Origin: a virus
Taxonomy: Duplodnaviria; Caudoviricetes
Length of the DNA stretch: 64,000 nucleotides
Direction: 5' to 3' (one strand)
IMG/VR virus record: IMGVR_UViG_2695421015_000001
Span: 32,001-96,000 of that record
Below are positions 9,461 to 18,566 of this stretch, piece after piece; within the stretch, counting starts at the first letter, position 1, and each line of letters opens with the position of its first letter. A model generated the notes under the pieces. It had not been told where the DNA came from. It was given only the letters and a program-made list of their open reading frames with translations, and searched no databases. A program made the translations under genes and the position numbers.

Positions 9461-10342
9461 TCAGTCCATCTCGAACTGTGGCACCTGCACGGCCGGAGCC
9501 GCCGGCGCGAGTGACTCTCCGAGGTCGATCTCCGGAGCGTCGGTTACCGGAACCCCATCCGAGTCCCGGATTATGTCGTTCTCATACGCGGGCACCTCCT
9601 CCATCTCGATCGGAGCCAGGTCAAGCATGCGACCCTCGTGGATGGGGGCAGCGACCTCCGTCGCCTCGTCGAGGTCAAGGAAGCTGGTCCGGGCGGCTGT
9701 GATCTTCTGGATCGACAACAGGTCGATCTCGGCCGCGCTTTGCTCGCCGGCCTTTTTGATCGTGGTAGCCGCGGAGCGAGCAACCTTGATCGCATCCTTG
9801 ACGCGCTCGGCCATTTCAGGGGAGAGCATGGAGCCAAGCTCGCGCGCCCGGTCGGCCGCGTCCCGGATCGCCTTGGGGTCGAACTTGCTGATGCCAGCTT
9901 CCATCGCGGCGAGCAGCTCGCGGACCTCGGCGTTGATGGCTCGCACCGCCTTGACGTCGTCGCTTTCGATCTTGCCGGCAACAACCTCGAAGCTGAGGCG
10001 AGTGGTCGCGGCTCGACGATTGAACTCGTCGGCGAGCGCGCGAGCCTCGTCCACCGATTGGTTCAATGCCGCATAGTTGTCTTCCGGGCAGAGCAGACCG
10101 AACGAGATCGGCGCGCAGGTTTTGGTGACGGTGGCGCGCATCTTGCTCCTCAGTTGCGTCGCCTCCTTCAACTCTGCGGCGTTAGCGATCACACGCTCGG
10201 TCTCCCATCTGCCTTTCAGGCTGCCGTCAGCGTCTTCGGTGTCGGCCTCGAGGATCGTCTTGGAATACTTGACGTTGCCGGTGATACCGGTGCGCATAAT
10301 CACAACGTAACCCGGGCGGATGGTGGTGGTTCGGATCGTCAT
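9461..10342 (-). CDS. hypothetical helical protein, probable partner of the AAA ATPase
   Basis: 293 aa ORF after the leader. Confidence 0.8.
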   Translation of the reverse strand: MTIRTTTIRPGYVVIMRTGITGNVKYSKTILEADTEDADGSLKGRWETERVIANAAELKEATQLRSKMRATVTKTCAPISFGLLCPEDNYAALNQSVDEARALADEFNRRAATTRLSFEVVAGKIESDDVKAVRAINAEVRELLAAMEAGISKFDPKAIRDAADRARELGSMLSPEMAERVKDAIKVARSAATTIKKAGEQSAAEIDLLSIQKITAARTSFLDLDEATEVAAPIHEGRMLDLAPIEMEEVPAYENDIIRDSDGVPVTDAPEIDLGESLAPAAPAVQVPQFEMD

Positions 10343-10429
10343 AGTGGTGGTCTCCTTGGTGAATGCGGCCTGCGAAGCCGCGTTGGGGTGGTGGTCGGTA
10401 TTGCCGCGGCGGTTATCCGCCGCGGGTAG

Positions 10430-10603
10430 TCATTGCCAGACTTGCAGGCGGCGGCGCCGCCAGCGCGCGACAGACAGAGCAAGCTTTTCTGTCGCGCATG
10501 AGATCGGAATGAACCGGGCGTCCTTGGCGATGCGCCAGTAGCCATTCCGATCGCGATACTCGGCGGTCCAGCCGCCGAGCGAGTTCTGATACGCCCGGAT
10601 CAT
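10430..10603 (-). CDS. 57 aa hypothetical protein
   Basis: Open frame MIRAYQNSLGGWTAEYRD... directly after the AAA gene. Confidence 0.45.
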   Translation of the reverse strand: MIRAYQNSLGGWTAEYRDRNGYWRIAKDARFIPISCATEKLALSVARWRRRRLQVWQ

Positions 10604-10609
10604 GGGCGG

Positions 10610-12634
10610 TCAGATATCGAGGACGCGGCCGCCGGCAGCGGCGGCACGCTTGGGCATCGCCACGACCGTTTTTTCTTCGGCCGAGGCGTTACGCACTCCC
10701 TTTTCCTTGACCCAGTCGTTCAGCTTGGAGAGCTTCTCGGCTTGGCTTCTGGACAGGGGTGTCACCTTGGTGGCGACGCGGACCAGGTCGTCAACGGTGA
10801 TCGCCCGCGCACCGTCCGCGAATGCCTTGAACAGCGCATCCGGCACGATGGCGGCGATCTCCGATCCGGTGAACTGGTCGGTCGCCGCGATCACGTCCGC
10901 GATCCCGTTGGGGTCGAGGTCTGTGATACTGCGGCCATGCGCTTTCAGCGCCGCCCGCAACACGCCCAGACGCTCCACCTTGTTTGGCAGGCCAACGAAC
11001 CAGAACTCGTCGAACCTACCCTTGCGGAGTAGCTCCGGCGGCAGGCTCGACACATCGTTCGCGGTGGCGATCACGAACGACTCGCCCTTGCGCTCCTGCA
11101 TCCACTGCAGGAACGAGCCGAGTTGATCGGAGGAGACACCGCCATCCGCACCGCCTTGGGTGGCGCCGGCAAGCGCCTTCTCGATCTCGTCGATCAGCAC
11201 CACGCAGCGACCGATCGCCTCGATGGTGCTTTGGGCCTTGCGCATGTTGGCCTCAGACTCGCCGACGAACTTGCCTTTGAGCGCGCCCAAATCCCACTTG
11301 AGCAGGGGGATGCCGCCGTAGGCGGTGGCGATCGCCTTCGAGGTCAGCGTCTTGCCGCAGCCGGGGATGCCAACGAGGAAGCACCCCTTCGGCGGCGGCA
11401 GGCCGTAGTCGCGCGCCTTCGGGCTGTAGGCGAGGTTTCTCTCCATCAGCCACTCTTTCAGGTTCTCCAGACCGCCGACGTCGTCGAGGCCGCCAGCGAG
11501 CGGGTCGAGCCACTCCAAGTTACCTTCGCGGGCGATCACGCGCTTTTTCTCCTTGGAGATCGTCGCCGGGTCGATCTTGCGCGTCTGCACCAGCGATTTG
11601 GCGAAGCAGGCCTGCGCCTCTTCACCGGAGAGGCCGATAGCGGCGTCGACGGCAGAATCGCGCACGCCGTTGGGCGCCGCTAACGCGCGGATCGGTTTGG
11701 TCTTGTCCGGTATCGGCTTGCCGTCCGCATCGAAGATCTTCTTCTTGGTATCGGGGTCGATCTTGTAATCGAACTCCCGCAACGAATTGATCGAAGCGTC
11801 GAGCAGGGCCGCGATCTCGTCGCGGTCCGGCATCGGCCATTCCATGACGGTGGCATGGTTTGCCAGTTCCGGCGGAACGTCGCGGGACGGCGACAGCACG
11901 ATCAGAACCTGAGCACCCTCGGGCAGCATCCCGGGCAACGAGCGCGCCAGATTACGCACCTGACGGCAGGTCACCATGCCGGGAGGTCCGATCAGCCACG
12001 GCGGCAGATCGCGCATGATCCACGCGCCGCGGTCGGCTTGGTCCGCGGCGCGCTTGGCAATCAGGGCGAGCGCAACGTCGATGCTTTTCCCGTTGTCCTC
12101 GCCAAGGTTAGCGAGGTCGCCGTTCAGTTCGGTGAACCCCTGACCGCAATCCCACATGCGCGGGACGAAGCCAGCCGCAGCGGCCGCCTGCACCAGATAA
12201 CTCTCGGCTCTGCCTTCCTCGCGCGTCACGATCCATAGGAGCGGATTACGGGCGCGGGCGAGGGCGGCAATGTCGGCCGCCAGTTCCTCGCTCTTGGTCT
12301 TGGGCCGCGTCGTTGCGGTCGCCTTCACTTCGGCTTTGGTCTCGACCTTCGGTGCCGCCTTCTCCTTTTTCTTGGCGGGCGGCGCTGCCGCGATCTCGAT
12401 CGGCATGTCGCCATCGACCGTCGCCATCACCTTGTCGTACGCCTCGACGGCTCCCGTCAGGTCGAACGTATCCGGCGTTGCGCGCTCCAGCATGGGCAGA
12501 CTGCCCCACGGTATGGGTCCGAACTGCGACATGAACCCGTCGTCGCCGACAGACTTGACCTCGACGAGTTGGACATTGCTGCCCATACGCATTTCCAGCC
12601 GGTCGCCCGGCTTAATATCTTCACGGTTTAACAT
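10610..12634 (-). CDS. AAA+ ATPase (Ycf46-like)
   Basis: Walker A GIPGCGKT, KFVGESE, Walker B LIDEIEK, TAN, PPELLRKGRFDE. Confidence 0.9.
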   Translation of the reverse strand: MLNREDIKPGDRLEMRMGSNVQLVEVKSVGDDGFMSQFGPIPWGSLPMLERATPDTFDLTGAVEAYDKVMATVDGDMPIEIAAAPPAKKKEKAAPKVETKAEVKATATTRPKTKSEELAADIAALARARNPLLWIVTREEGRAESYLVQAAAAAGFVPRMWDCGQGFTELNGDLANLGEDNGKSIDVALALIAKRAADQADRGAWIMRDLPPWLIGPPGMVTCRQVRNLARSLPGMLPEGAQVLIVLSPSRDVPPELANHATVMEWPMPDRDEIAALLDASINSLREFDYKIDPDTKKKIFDADGKPIPDKTKPIRALAAPNGVRDSAVDAAIGLSGEEAQACFAKSLVQTRKIDPATISKEKKRVIAREGNLEWLDPLAGGLDDVGGLENLKEWLMERNLAYSPKARDYGLPPPKGCFLVGIPGCGKTLTSKAIATAYGGIPLLKWDLGALKGKFVGESEANMRKAQSTIEAIGRCVVLIDEIEKALAGATQGGADGGVSSDQLGSFLQWMQERKGESFVIATANDVSSLPPELLRKGRFDEFWFVGLPNKVERLGVLRAALKAHGRSITDLDPNGIADVIAATDQFTGSEIAAIVPDALFKAFADGARAITVDDLVRVATKVTPLSRSQAEKLSKLNDWVKEKGVRNASAEEKTVVAMPKRAAAAGGRVLDI

Positions 12635-12682
12635 TGATGGTCTCCTTGTAGAGGGCGCTGCGAACGCCCGGTTGGGATTGTA

Positions 12683-13138
12683 TCAGATCACTTCGACGGT
12701 GATCCGTAGTTTTTTATTGCCCGTCGCGGTACCGCCGCGGCGGAGGCCATTGTGCTCGCCGATGAATTTCTTGAGCAGCGCATGCCCCTTCTCCTCATCC
12801 CAGCTATGCAGCCGGACGAAGGTGGTCTCGGGGCCCGGAATCTCTCCGGTCAGAGACTGGCCGCCGTCCGTAGTCTCGACGGCGGGCTTGCCCTCCATCA
12901 CCAGCTTCACGGTGTCCCACCCCATGACGCGGCGGGCGTTGGCGACAAGATCCTCGAACTGTTCGCGGCTGAGGAACTCGGTCGCGGACTGGTCGGCGCT
13001 GCCGATTTCCAAGACCAGTTCCGGCCTGCTCTTGCGACCGTGTCGCCTTGGCAGCGGCCCGACGGTGACGCGACGGCGGTCGCTTTCTTCCTCGCCTCTG
13101 TGTCTCCGCTCGAGAAACACGGCGTATTGTTCTGACAT
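12683..13138 (-). CDS. hypothetical protein
   Basis: ATG after AGGAGACC. Confidence 0.7.
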   Translation of the reverse strand: MSEQYAVFLERRHRGEEESDRRRVTVGPLPRRHGRKSRPELVLEIGSADQSATEFLSREQFEDLVANARRVMGWDTVKLVMEGKPAVETTDGGQSLTGEIPGPETTFVRLHSWDEEKGHALLKKFIGEHNGLRRGGTATGNKKLRITVEVI

Positions 13139-13255
13139 GGTGTTGGTCTCCTGTTTTGGTTTGGGGTTAGCGCCAGGTCCAGCCGATCGTCATCAACGAA
13201 CCAACGACGAGGCCGATCAGCAGGAAGAGGAGGTCGCGTTCAAAGCGGTCGAGCA

Positions 13256-13444
13256 TCAATTGCGCGGACCCTTCGGTAGTTTGGTGAAGCGGACGACCTT
13301 GAACTTTTCAGGGTCGCCGTCGTCCCGCGGCGTGGTGTAGAACTCGCCGTGGATGCAGTCGCGCGCCTCGCGGAGCGCGACGTATTGAGGGCAGGGCTTG
13401 TCCATGCGGACGGTGACGACGAAGGAGTGGAGTTTCTGCTTCAT
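13256..13444 (-). CDS. hypothetical protein
   Basis: MKQKLHSFVVTV..., coupled. Confidence 0.5.
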   Translation of the reverse strand: MKQKLHSFVVTVRMDKPCPQYVALREARDCIHGEFYTTPRDDGDPEKFKVVRFTKLPKGPRN

Positions 13445-13656
13445 CACAGGTACTCGCAGGCACACGCATCGAGTTCCTCCGACTCCTCCGGAGAGATGGC
13501 GGCGCCGCACTCAGGGCATTCGTCATCGCACCCGCAGGACCACTCGTCGGTCCACGACACGTCGCAGTCGTCGCAATGGTAGGAGTTGCGGACCGCAGGC
13601 ATGCAATTCGGCTCACACTCGAACTGGTGCTCGCATCCGGGTTTCTTGGTGAGCAT
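13444..13656 (-). CDS. acidic Cys-rich small protein
   Basis: YHCDDC..W.DEWSC.CDDECPECG. Confidence 0.65.
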   Translation of the reverse strand: MLTKKPGCEHQFECEPNCMPAVRNSYHCDDCDVSWTDEWSCGCDDECPECGAAISPEESEELDACACEYL

Positions 13657-13659
13657 GGT

Positions 13660-14082
13660 TCACTCCATCATGTCGGCGATGAACTGTATCCGCTCGGGAT
13701 ACATTTTATGCAGGCGAAGCAGCCGGACGATATCCGGCCGCGTGTAGAAGCCCGGCTTCACGCCGTGGCGGTTCGTCGGCACGAAAGTCGGGGCGGCGCT
13801 CGGGGTGCCGTCGACCTCCAGCTGGGTGATCCAGACGTCGCCGTCATCGTCGCCGAGTTGATCCAGGTCGCACCCCATCTGATCGGCGCGCGCCTTTCGG
13901 GCGCGAAGCAGATCGGCCTCCCACGTCTCCGGCTTGGCGTCTTGGGGCTGTTCGATCCATGCGAACAGATCGTTGACGAGTCCGGCGGCGACCTTGTCGG
14001 CACCCGCCTTGGTGGCGTGCGCGGTCATCGGTCGGCCGGGGACATGGAAGTGGTCGCCTTGAACGATAAAGACCTTAGCCAT
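13660..14082 (-). CDS. hypothetical protein
   Basis: MAKVFIVQG..., GAGG RBS. Confidence 0.65.
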   Translation of the reverse strand: MAKVFIVQGDHFHVPGRPMTAHATKAGADKVAAGLVNDLFAWIEQPQDAKPETWEADLLRARKARADQMGCDLDQLGDDDGDVWITQLEVDGTPSAAPTFVPTNRHGVKPGFYTRPDIVRLLRLHKMYPERIQFIADMME

Positions 14083-14308
14083 TGGACACCTCACATTCTG
14101 AATCGAGGATCGTGCAGCCATCCGGAGACACGCCGGGGTCGAACAGCATCCGCAGCGCGGCGCTGACATCGCCGTCGGGGACGATGTTGCTGGCGTCCTC
14201 GTCAGTTTCGTTTGGGTTTTCGTCGAGGTAACGCTGTCTGGCGGCGCCAATCAGCGCGACCTCGTTGTCGATCGTGACGAAGATCGACACTTCGGCAGTG
14301 GTCGTCAT
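14075..14308 (-). CDS. acidic hypothetical protein
   Basis: ATG after the leader. Confidence 0.7.
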   Translation of the reverse strand: MTTTAEVSIFVTIDNEVALIGAARQRYLDENPNETDEDASNIVPDGDVSAALRMLFDPGVSPDGCTILDSECEVSNG

Positions 14309-14352
14309 GTTTGGTCTCCTTGATGTTGGGCCTGCGAAGCCCGGTTGGTGGA

Positions 14353-15219
14353 TTAGTTGGTCTCGGGGACGTACTCGCCCTTCGCTTCGGCGATCAGGCA
14401 TCCGATCTCGTTGAAGAGATCGGTTTGCCATTCGGCGCTCCTGTCCTTGAAAAGAGTCTCTGCTTCCATCTTGGCGTGGATGCCATCTAGCGTCGAAAGC
14501 ATCTTGCCGTTCAGTTTTTGCAGACGGGCGATCTCGGCGGCATTGCGGACGATGTTGGCGGCCTCATTGACGAGAGCGATGGACTCTCCCGACAACATCA
14601 CGCCGAGCGAGCGAGCTTTCTCGGCAGCGGCCTGCACGTCCGGCTCCTTCGGCTTGTCGAACAAAGGCGCGCCGCACTGGTAGCAGTACCCGGTTTCCGT
14701 CGGTTGGTCCCACGCGAGACCCTTGGCACGGCATGACGCGCAGCACCCTTGACCGTCTCCATCCTTGATCGTGAGCGGCGGGACCTTGTCGCTCTCGAAG
14801 CGAGCAAGGTCGTCGATGACCTCGCGAAGGTATTCGCCGCTCGACTCGCGCCCGCGCAGCTCTTTGAGATTGAGCGTCGGCTCGTATCCCTGTGCAGAGG
14901 CGGAGCACTCCTCGACGTGGGTGCCTGGCTTCCAAATCTGGATGCCGGAGTCCCACTCGTATCCGGCGTCGAAGTGCAGCCAGAACGGCAGGTCGTTCTC
15001 CACACAGAAGTCGATAACTGTGGCGGGGTTGCCGCAGTTGACCTGACCTTGCAGGATCAGGCTCTCGTTCTTGTTGGCGACGTCGCGAACCTGATTTTCA
15101 TCATCAGGGCCGATGGCCATTTCGGAAAAGTCATCCTCGATCGTCGCGAGTAGATCGTCGATTTTGCTGGCTGGTATCGGGCCGCCGATATGCATCGTGG
15201 TCCATGTCATCTCAGTCAT
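14353..15219 (-). CDS. hypothetical protein with an internal zinc ribbon
   Basis: ATG after the leader; CASC...CYQCG. Confidence 0.75.
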   Translation of the reverse strand: MTEMTWTTMHIGGPIPASKIDDLLATIEDDFSEMAIGPDDENQVRDVANKNESLILQGQVNCGNPATVIDFCVENDLPFWLHFDAGYEWDSGIQIWKPGTHVEECSASAQGYEPTLNLKELRGRESSGEYLREVIDDLARFESDKVPPLTIKDGDGQGCCASCRAKGLAWDQPTETGYCYQCGAPLFDKPKEPDVQAAAEKARSLGVMLSGESIALVNEAANIVRNAAEIARLQKLNGKMLSTLDGIHAKMEAETLFKDRSAEWQTDLFNEIGCLIAEAKGEYVPETN

Positions 15220-15253
15220 GATGGTCTCCTTGTGATGGGCCTGCGAAGCCCGG

Positions 15254-16612
15254 TTAGCGTTTGTAGATCGTGAGGACGGTGGTGTTGATGTTCGTCCCGC
15301 TCTCGCTGAACGAGCCGACGGGGAGGTCGTCCCATCGGCCGCCATACGACGCGCTCTCGCCGAGATCATCGAGCAGCCCGTGGTCGTAGCGAGCCGTCGC
15401 CGGCAGGATCGCGATCAGCTTTCCTTCCGGTTTCAAAAACTCATAGGCGTGACGGACGTGCTTGGCGTAGTGCTTGCCGTAGAACGGTGGGTTCATCACC
15501 ACCATATCGAAGTCGCCCGTCGGCACCGTCTCAAGGAAGTTCTTGAGCAGGACGGTGTGGCCCTTGGCCTTGCACTCGGCCGCACGCTTCGGATCGACCT
15601 CGATGCCGTAGGGGTTGGCGCCGGCATCGCGCAGCGCATCCATGAACCGCCCGCAGCCGCAGGACGGTTCGAGCACGCGCTGGCCCTCAAGCCGGTAGTC
15701 TCCGATCTTGTAAAGGATCTCCTTCACCACCTTCACCGGCGTCGGGTAGTATTGCAGGTCCTTAGAGACCGCCGTGCTCTGTTTTTTCTTCGGCTCGTCG
15801 TCGGCGGTGTCAGGCAGCACGTCGCCGTAGAACTCGGCGAGCGCCATGTTGATATCGCGCAACTCCTTCGGCTCGAAGAACAGGTGGCCGTTGCCATTGC
15901 CGAAGGTGCGCAGCCGGACGCCGCGCCCGACGATCGGGAACGGCTTGTCCCACGTCCGGTCGGCGGCCAGCTCGCTGTCCACGAGGAGGGCGTCCTCGTT
16001 CTTGCAGAGCGCTTCGATCTCGCGATGATCGATCAGCGGCTTGCCTTGGTAGACGGCAAGCGCGTTGAGGACGCTCTTGAGTTTGTCGCGGCCGTAGGAG
16101 CCGTAGCTGCCGACGTAGCTGAGGATGACGCGCTTCGGCAGGCCCTTGACGCCGACCTTGACCTTGTCGTGGCTTTTGTAGGCGTCGTCCAGGCCGCAGA
16201 ACACTTCGGCGAGGCCGCGCAGGATGTTGCCGCGCGGATCGAGCAAGAACTTGCCGAAGGTGCCGCGGATGTTGTCGAGCGTGAACGGCGGCGGGGAGGC
16301 GATGGCTTGCTCCCATAGCCGCTTGTCGGTCGGGCTGGCGAGGCGCGCGATATCGAGCCCGCCGTAGACGTGCATCCACGCCGACTTGAGCAGTCCAGTC
16401 TCGAGGTCGCGCGCATAGACGTGACCGGTATCGATGCTGACATCGCCGAACTGACCGGCTACCGTCACTGCCATCTTGAGGTCGTTGCCGGCTTTTTCAA
16501 AAGCCTTCACCGCATCGGGGATGGCGGCCTTCTTGGCGTCGTATTCCGCAACCACGTCGGCGAGGCTGCGCTGTAGGGCGATCTCACCCTCGATTTTGAC
16601 ATGAGCGTTCAT
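15254..16612 (-). CDS. DNA amino-methyltransferase (N6A/N4C) with DUF4942-like N-terminal region
   Basis: QYYPTP, motif I LEPSCGCG, motif IV MNPPF, FSESGT; R.F.NGN.HL.F. Confidence 0.85.
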   Translation of the reverse strand: MNAHVKIEGEIALQRSLADVVAEYDAKKAAIPDAVKAFEKAGNDLKMAVTVAGQFGDVSIDTGHVYARDLETGLLKSAWMHVYGGLDIARLASPTDKRLWEQAIASPPPFTLDNIRGTFGKFLLDPRGNILRGLAEVFCGLDDAYKSHDKVKVGVKGLPKRVILSYVGSYGSYGRDKLKSVLNALAVYQGKPLIDHREIEALCKNEDALLVDSELAADRTWDKPFPIVGRGVRLRTFGNGNGHLFFEPKELRDINMALAEFYGDVLPDTADDEPKKKQSTAVSKDLQYYPTPVKVVKEILYKIGDYRLEGQRVLEPSCGCGRFMDALRDAGANPYGIEVDPKRAAECKAKGHTVLLKNFLETVPTGDFDMVVMNPPFYGKHYAKHVRHAYEFLKPEGKLIAILPATARYDHGLLDDLGESASYGGRWDDLPVGSFSESGTNINTTVLTIYKR

Positions 16613-16692
16613 TGAGTTGGTCTCCTTGTGTGTGAACGTGGTGTGGGCGGCGCCTGCGAAGCGCCGCCTTGCTGGCTGGCCTGCGTGGGGAG

Positions 16693-17088
16693 TTACTTGC
16701 GTTCGAGGGTGCCGCGCTTCATCAAGAGCGGGGCGTACTGTCGGCAGTAGGCTTGCTTGTCGCGCCGCAGCAGATCGGCGATGGCGTCGCTGGTATGGTT
16801 CACGAACCGGGTGACCTCTGGGATCAGCAGGTTGCGGTCGTAATCTTGGTGCGTGCCCATTTTGATGGCGGCGCCGGTGGCGGCCGCAATGTCCGCGCCG
16901 ATGCCGATCTGATCGGCGATCGCGTCGCCCGAACCGTTTACGGTCGTGTAGCCGTCACAAGAGACTGCGACGATCAGCGTGTTCAAGATGATGACAACGT
17001 AGCTCTGCTCCTCCGGTGACAGATCGGCCGCGCGGGCCGGTGACGTCATGACGGAGAGGGCGAGGGCGGCGGCGACGATAGATTTCAT
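16693..17088 (-). CDS. secreted hypothetical protein
   Basis: Signal peptide; leader upstream. Confidence 0.7.
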   Translation of the reverse strand: MKSIVAAALALSVMTSPARAADLSPEEQSYVVIILNTLIVAVSCDGYTTVNGSGDAIADQIGIGADIAAATGAAIKMGTHQDYDRNLLIPEVTRFVNHTSDAIADLLRRDKQAYCRQYAPLLMKRGTLERK

Positions 17089-17148
17089 GGGTGTGGTCTC
17101 CTTGATGATGGGGAAGGGGGCGCCGCCTGCGAAGCGGCGCCCGGATTG

Positions 17149-17430
17149 TCAGACGTTGACGGCGTGGAAGTTGGCCGCGCCCTTCAATTTTTTGAAGCCG
17201 GGAGGGGATCGGTCGCCCTTGCCGATCCTCATTGAGACGGCAGCGCCCTTGCCGGTTGCCGTCACGTCAGCGCAGTACGCATCGAATGCCGCAGCCGCAT
17301 CTGCTGCGCGTTTGATCTCGACCGTTCTCGACGGAACCGGCGCGCCGTTTCCGCTCAGCATGATTGAGACTTGCAAAGACCCGCGCTCGCTGCGCTCGGC
17401 CGGGTAACTCGACAGGATCAGTTTAGCCAT
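17149..17430 (-). CDS. hypothetical protein
   Basis: MAKLILSSYP... after the leader. Confidence 0.7.
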   Translation of the reverse strand: MAKLILSSYPAERSERGSLQVSIMLSGNGAPVPSRTVEIKRAADAAAAFDAYCADVTATGKGAAVSMRIGKGDRSPPGFKKLKGAANFHAVNV

Positions 17431-17510
17431 GGTGGTGGTCTCCTTGATTTTGGTGGGGTGGTGGAAAGCCGCGCGGCGGTCTGCGAAACCGCCGCGCGGG
17501 TCGTTGGTGG

Positions 17511-18539
17511 TTACTTGCCGCCGTAGCGGCGCCGCAGGCCGAGCGAGTGCTCGACGTGCTTGACCAGCTGCTCCTCGTCGACGCCGTAGCATTCGAGGAA
17601 GTCGGCGACCTCGTCGGGGAACTCGCGAACAATGTCGCTCATGCCCATGCGCGAGGCCCGATCCAGATCAACCGTGCGGCCGGAACGGATATCGCTGAGC
17701 CAGTCACGATCATCCTTGTTCCAGTCGAGCGGGTGCGGATCGTCGGTGTCGATCAGCGGATTGCGCGATACGATCAGCAAATTGGTATCGAGGTTGATCA
17801 GCCGCTCCCGCAGGTCGAGCAGGAACTCCATGTCCAGCGTCTCCTTCGGCGAGTGGCAATGCTCCATTCCAACCGAAATGTTGGTGCATTCCGGGATCAG
17901 GTGCGTGTAGTTGGCGGTGTCGGTGAAGATTCCGCCGTCATCCAGCGTGAAGCCGCCGCCGAGCAAGCCAGCCAGCTGGGAAGCGAACAGATCGGAGCAG
18001 CATCGCCCGAACTGATGGGTGATGACCGAGGTCGTCCCCTTGCGATCAAACGCGATCGCAATCTGGATGCCTTCGAGCAGATCGTTTCGCTTGTCGGCAA
18101 TGTGGCGAGAGCCGTGACCGCCGATCTCCTCCTCGCGGTGGAAGATGTAGAGGCCGGGCTTGCCGGCCAGGATCATCTCGCGCATCAGCCAGACGCCCGC
18201 GGTGCAGTCAGCACCGAGGCAGTTCGACTCGCGTTCGCTCTTGGCAAGCTTGACGAGGCCTTTGGCACAGACGACGTTCTGGATACCTGTCGTCCGGTGC
18301 ACCGTGTCGGTATGGCTCGACCACATGACGTTGGTCTCGCCGATCCGGATGTAGAGGTTGCCGTAGTCATCCTGCTTTAGGCCGAGCGGGAGCAACCACT
18401 TCTTGATGAAGTTGCTCTCGGTCCTGCTGCCCGCCGGGCGGCGGTAGCTTATCATGCGCGCCAGCGCATCGAGGCCGGCGACGAGGCGAGGGGCGGGCGC
18501 CGCTGCGGGGGCGGATATGGTGGTGGTTTCGAGGTACAT
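17511..18539 (-). CDS. zinc-dependent M28/M20-clan peptidase-like protein
   Basis: HTDTVH, LGAD..AG, EEIG..GS, AFDRKG, FTDTANY...ECTNISVG..H. Confidence 0.8.
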   Translation of the reverse strand: MYLETTTISAPAAAPAPRLVAGLDALARMISYRRPAGSRTESNFIKKWLLPLGLKQDDYGNLYIRIGETNVMWSSHTDTVHRTTGIQNVVCAKGLVKLAKSERESNCLGADCTAGVWLMREMILAGKPGLYIFHREEEIGGHGSRHIADKRNDLLEGIQIAIAFDRKGTTSVITHQFGRCCSDLFASQLAGLLGGGFTLDDGGIFTDTANYTHLIPECTNISVGMEHCHSPKETLDMEFLLDLRERLINLDTNLLIVSRNPLIDTDDPHPLDWNKDDRDWLSDIRSGRTVDLDRASRMGMSDIVREFPDEVADFLECYGVDEEQLVKHVEHSLGLRRRYGGK

Positions 18540-18566
18540 GGATGGTCTCCTTGATGATTGGGTGTT

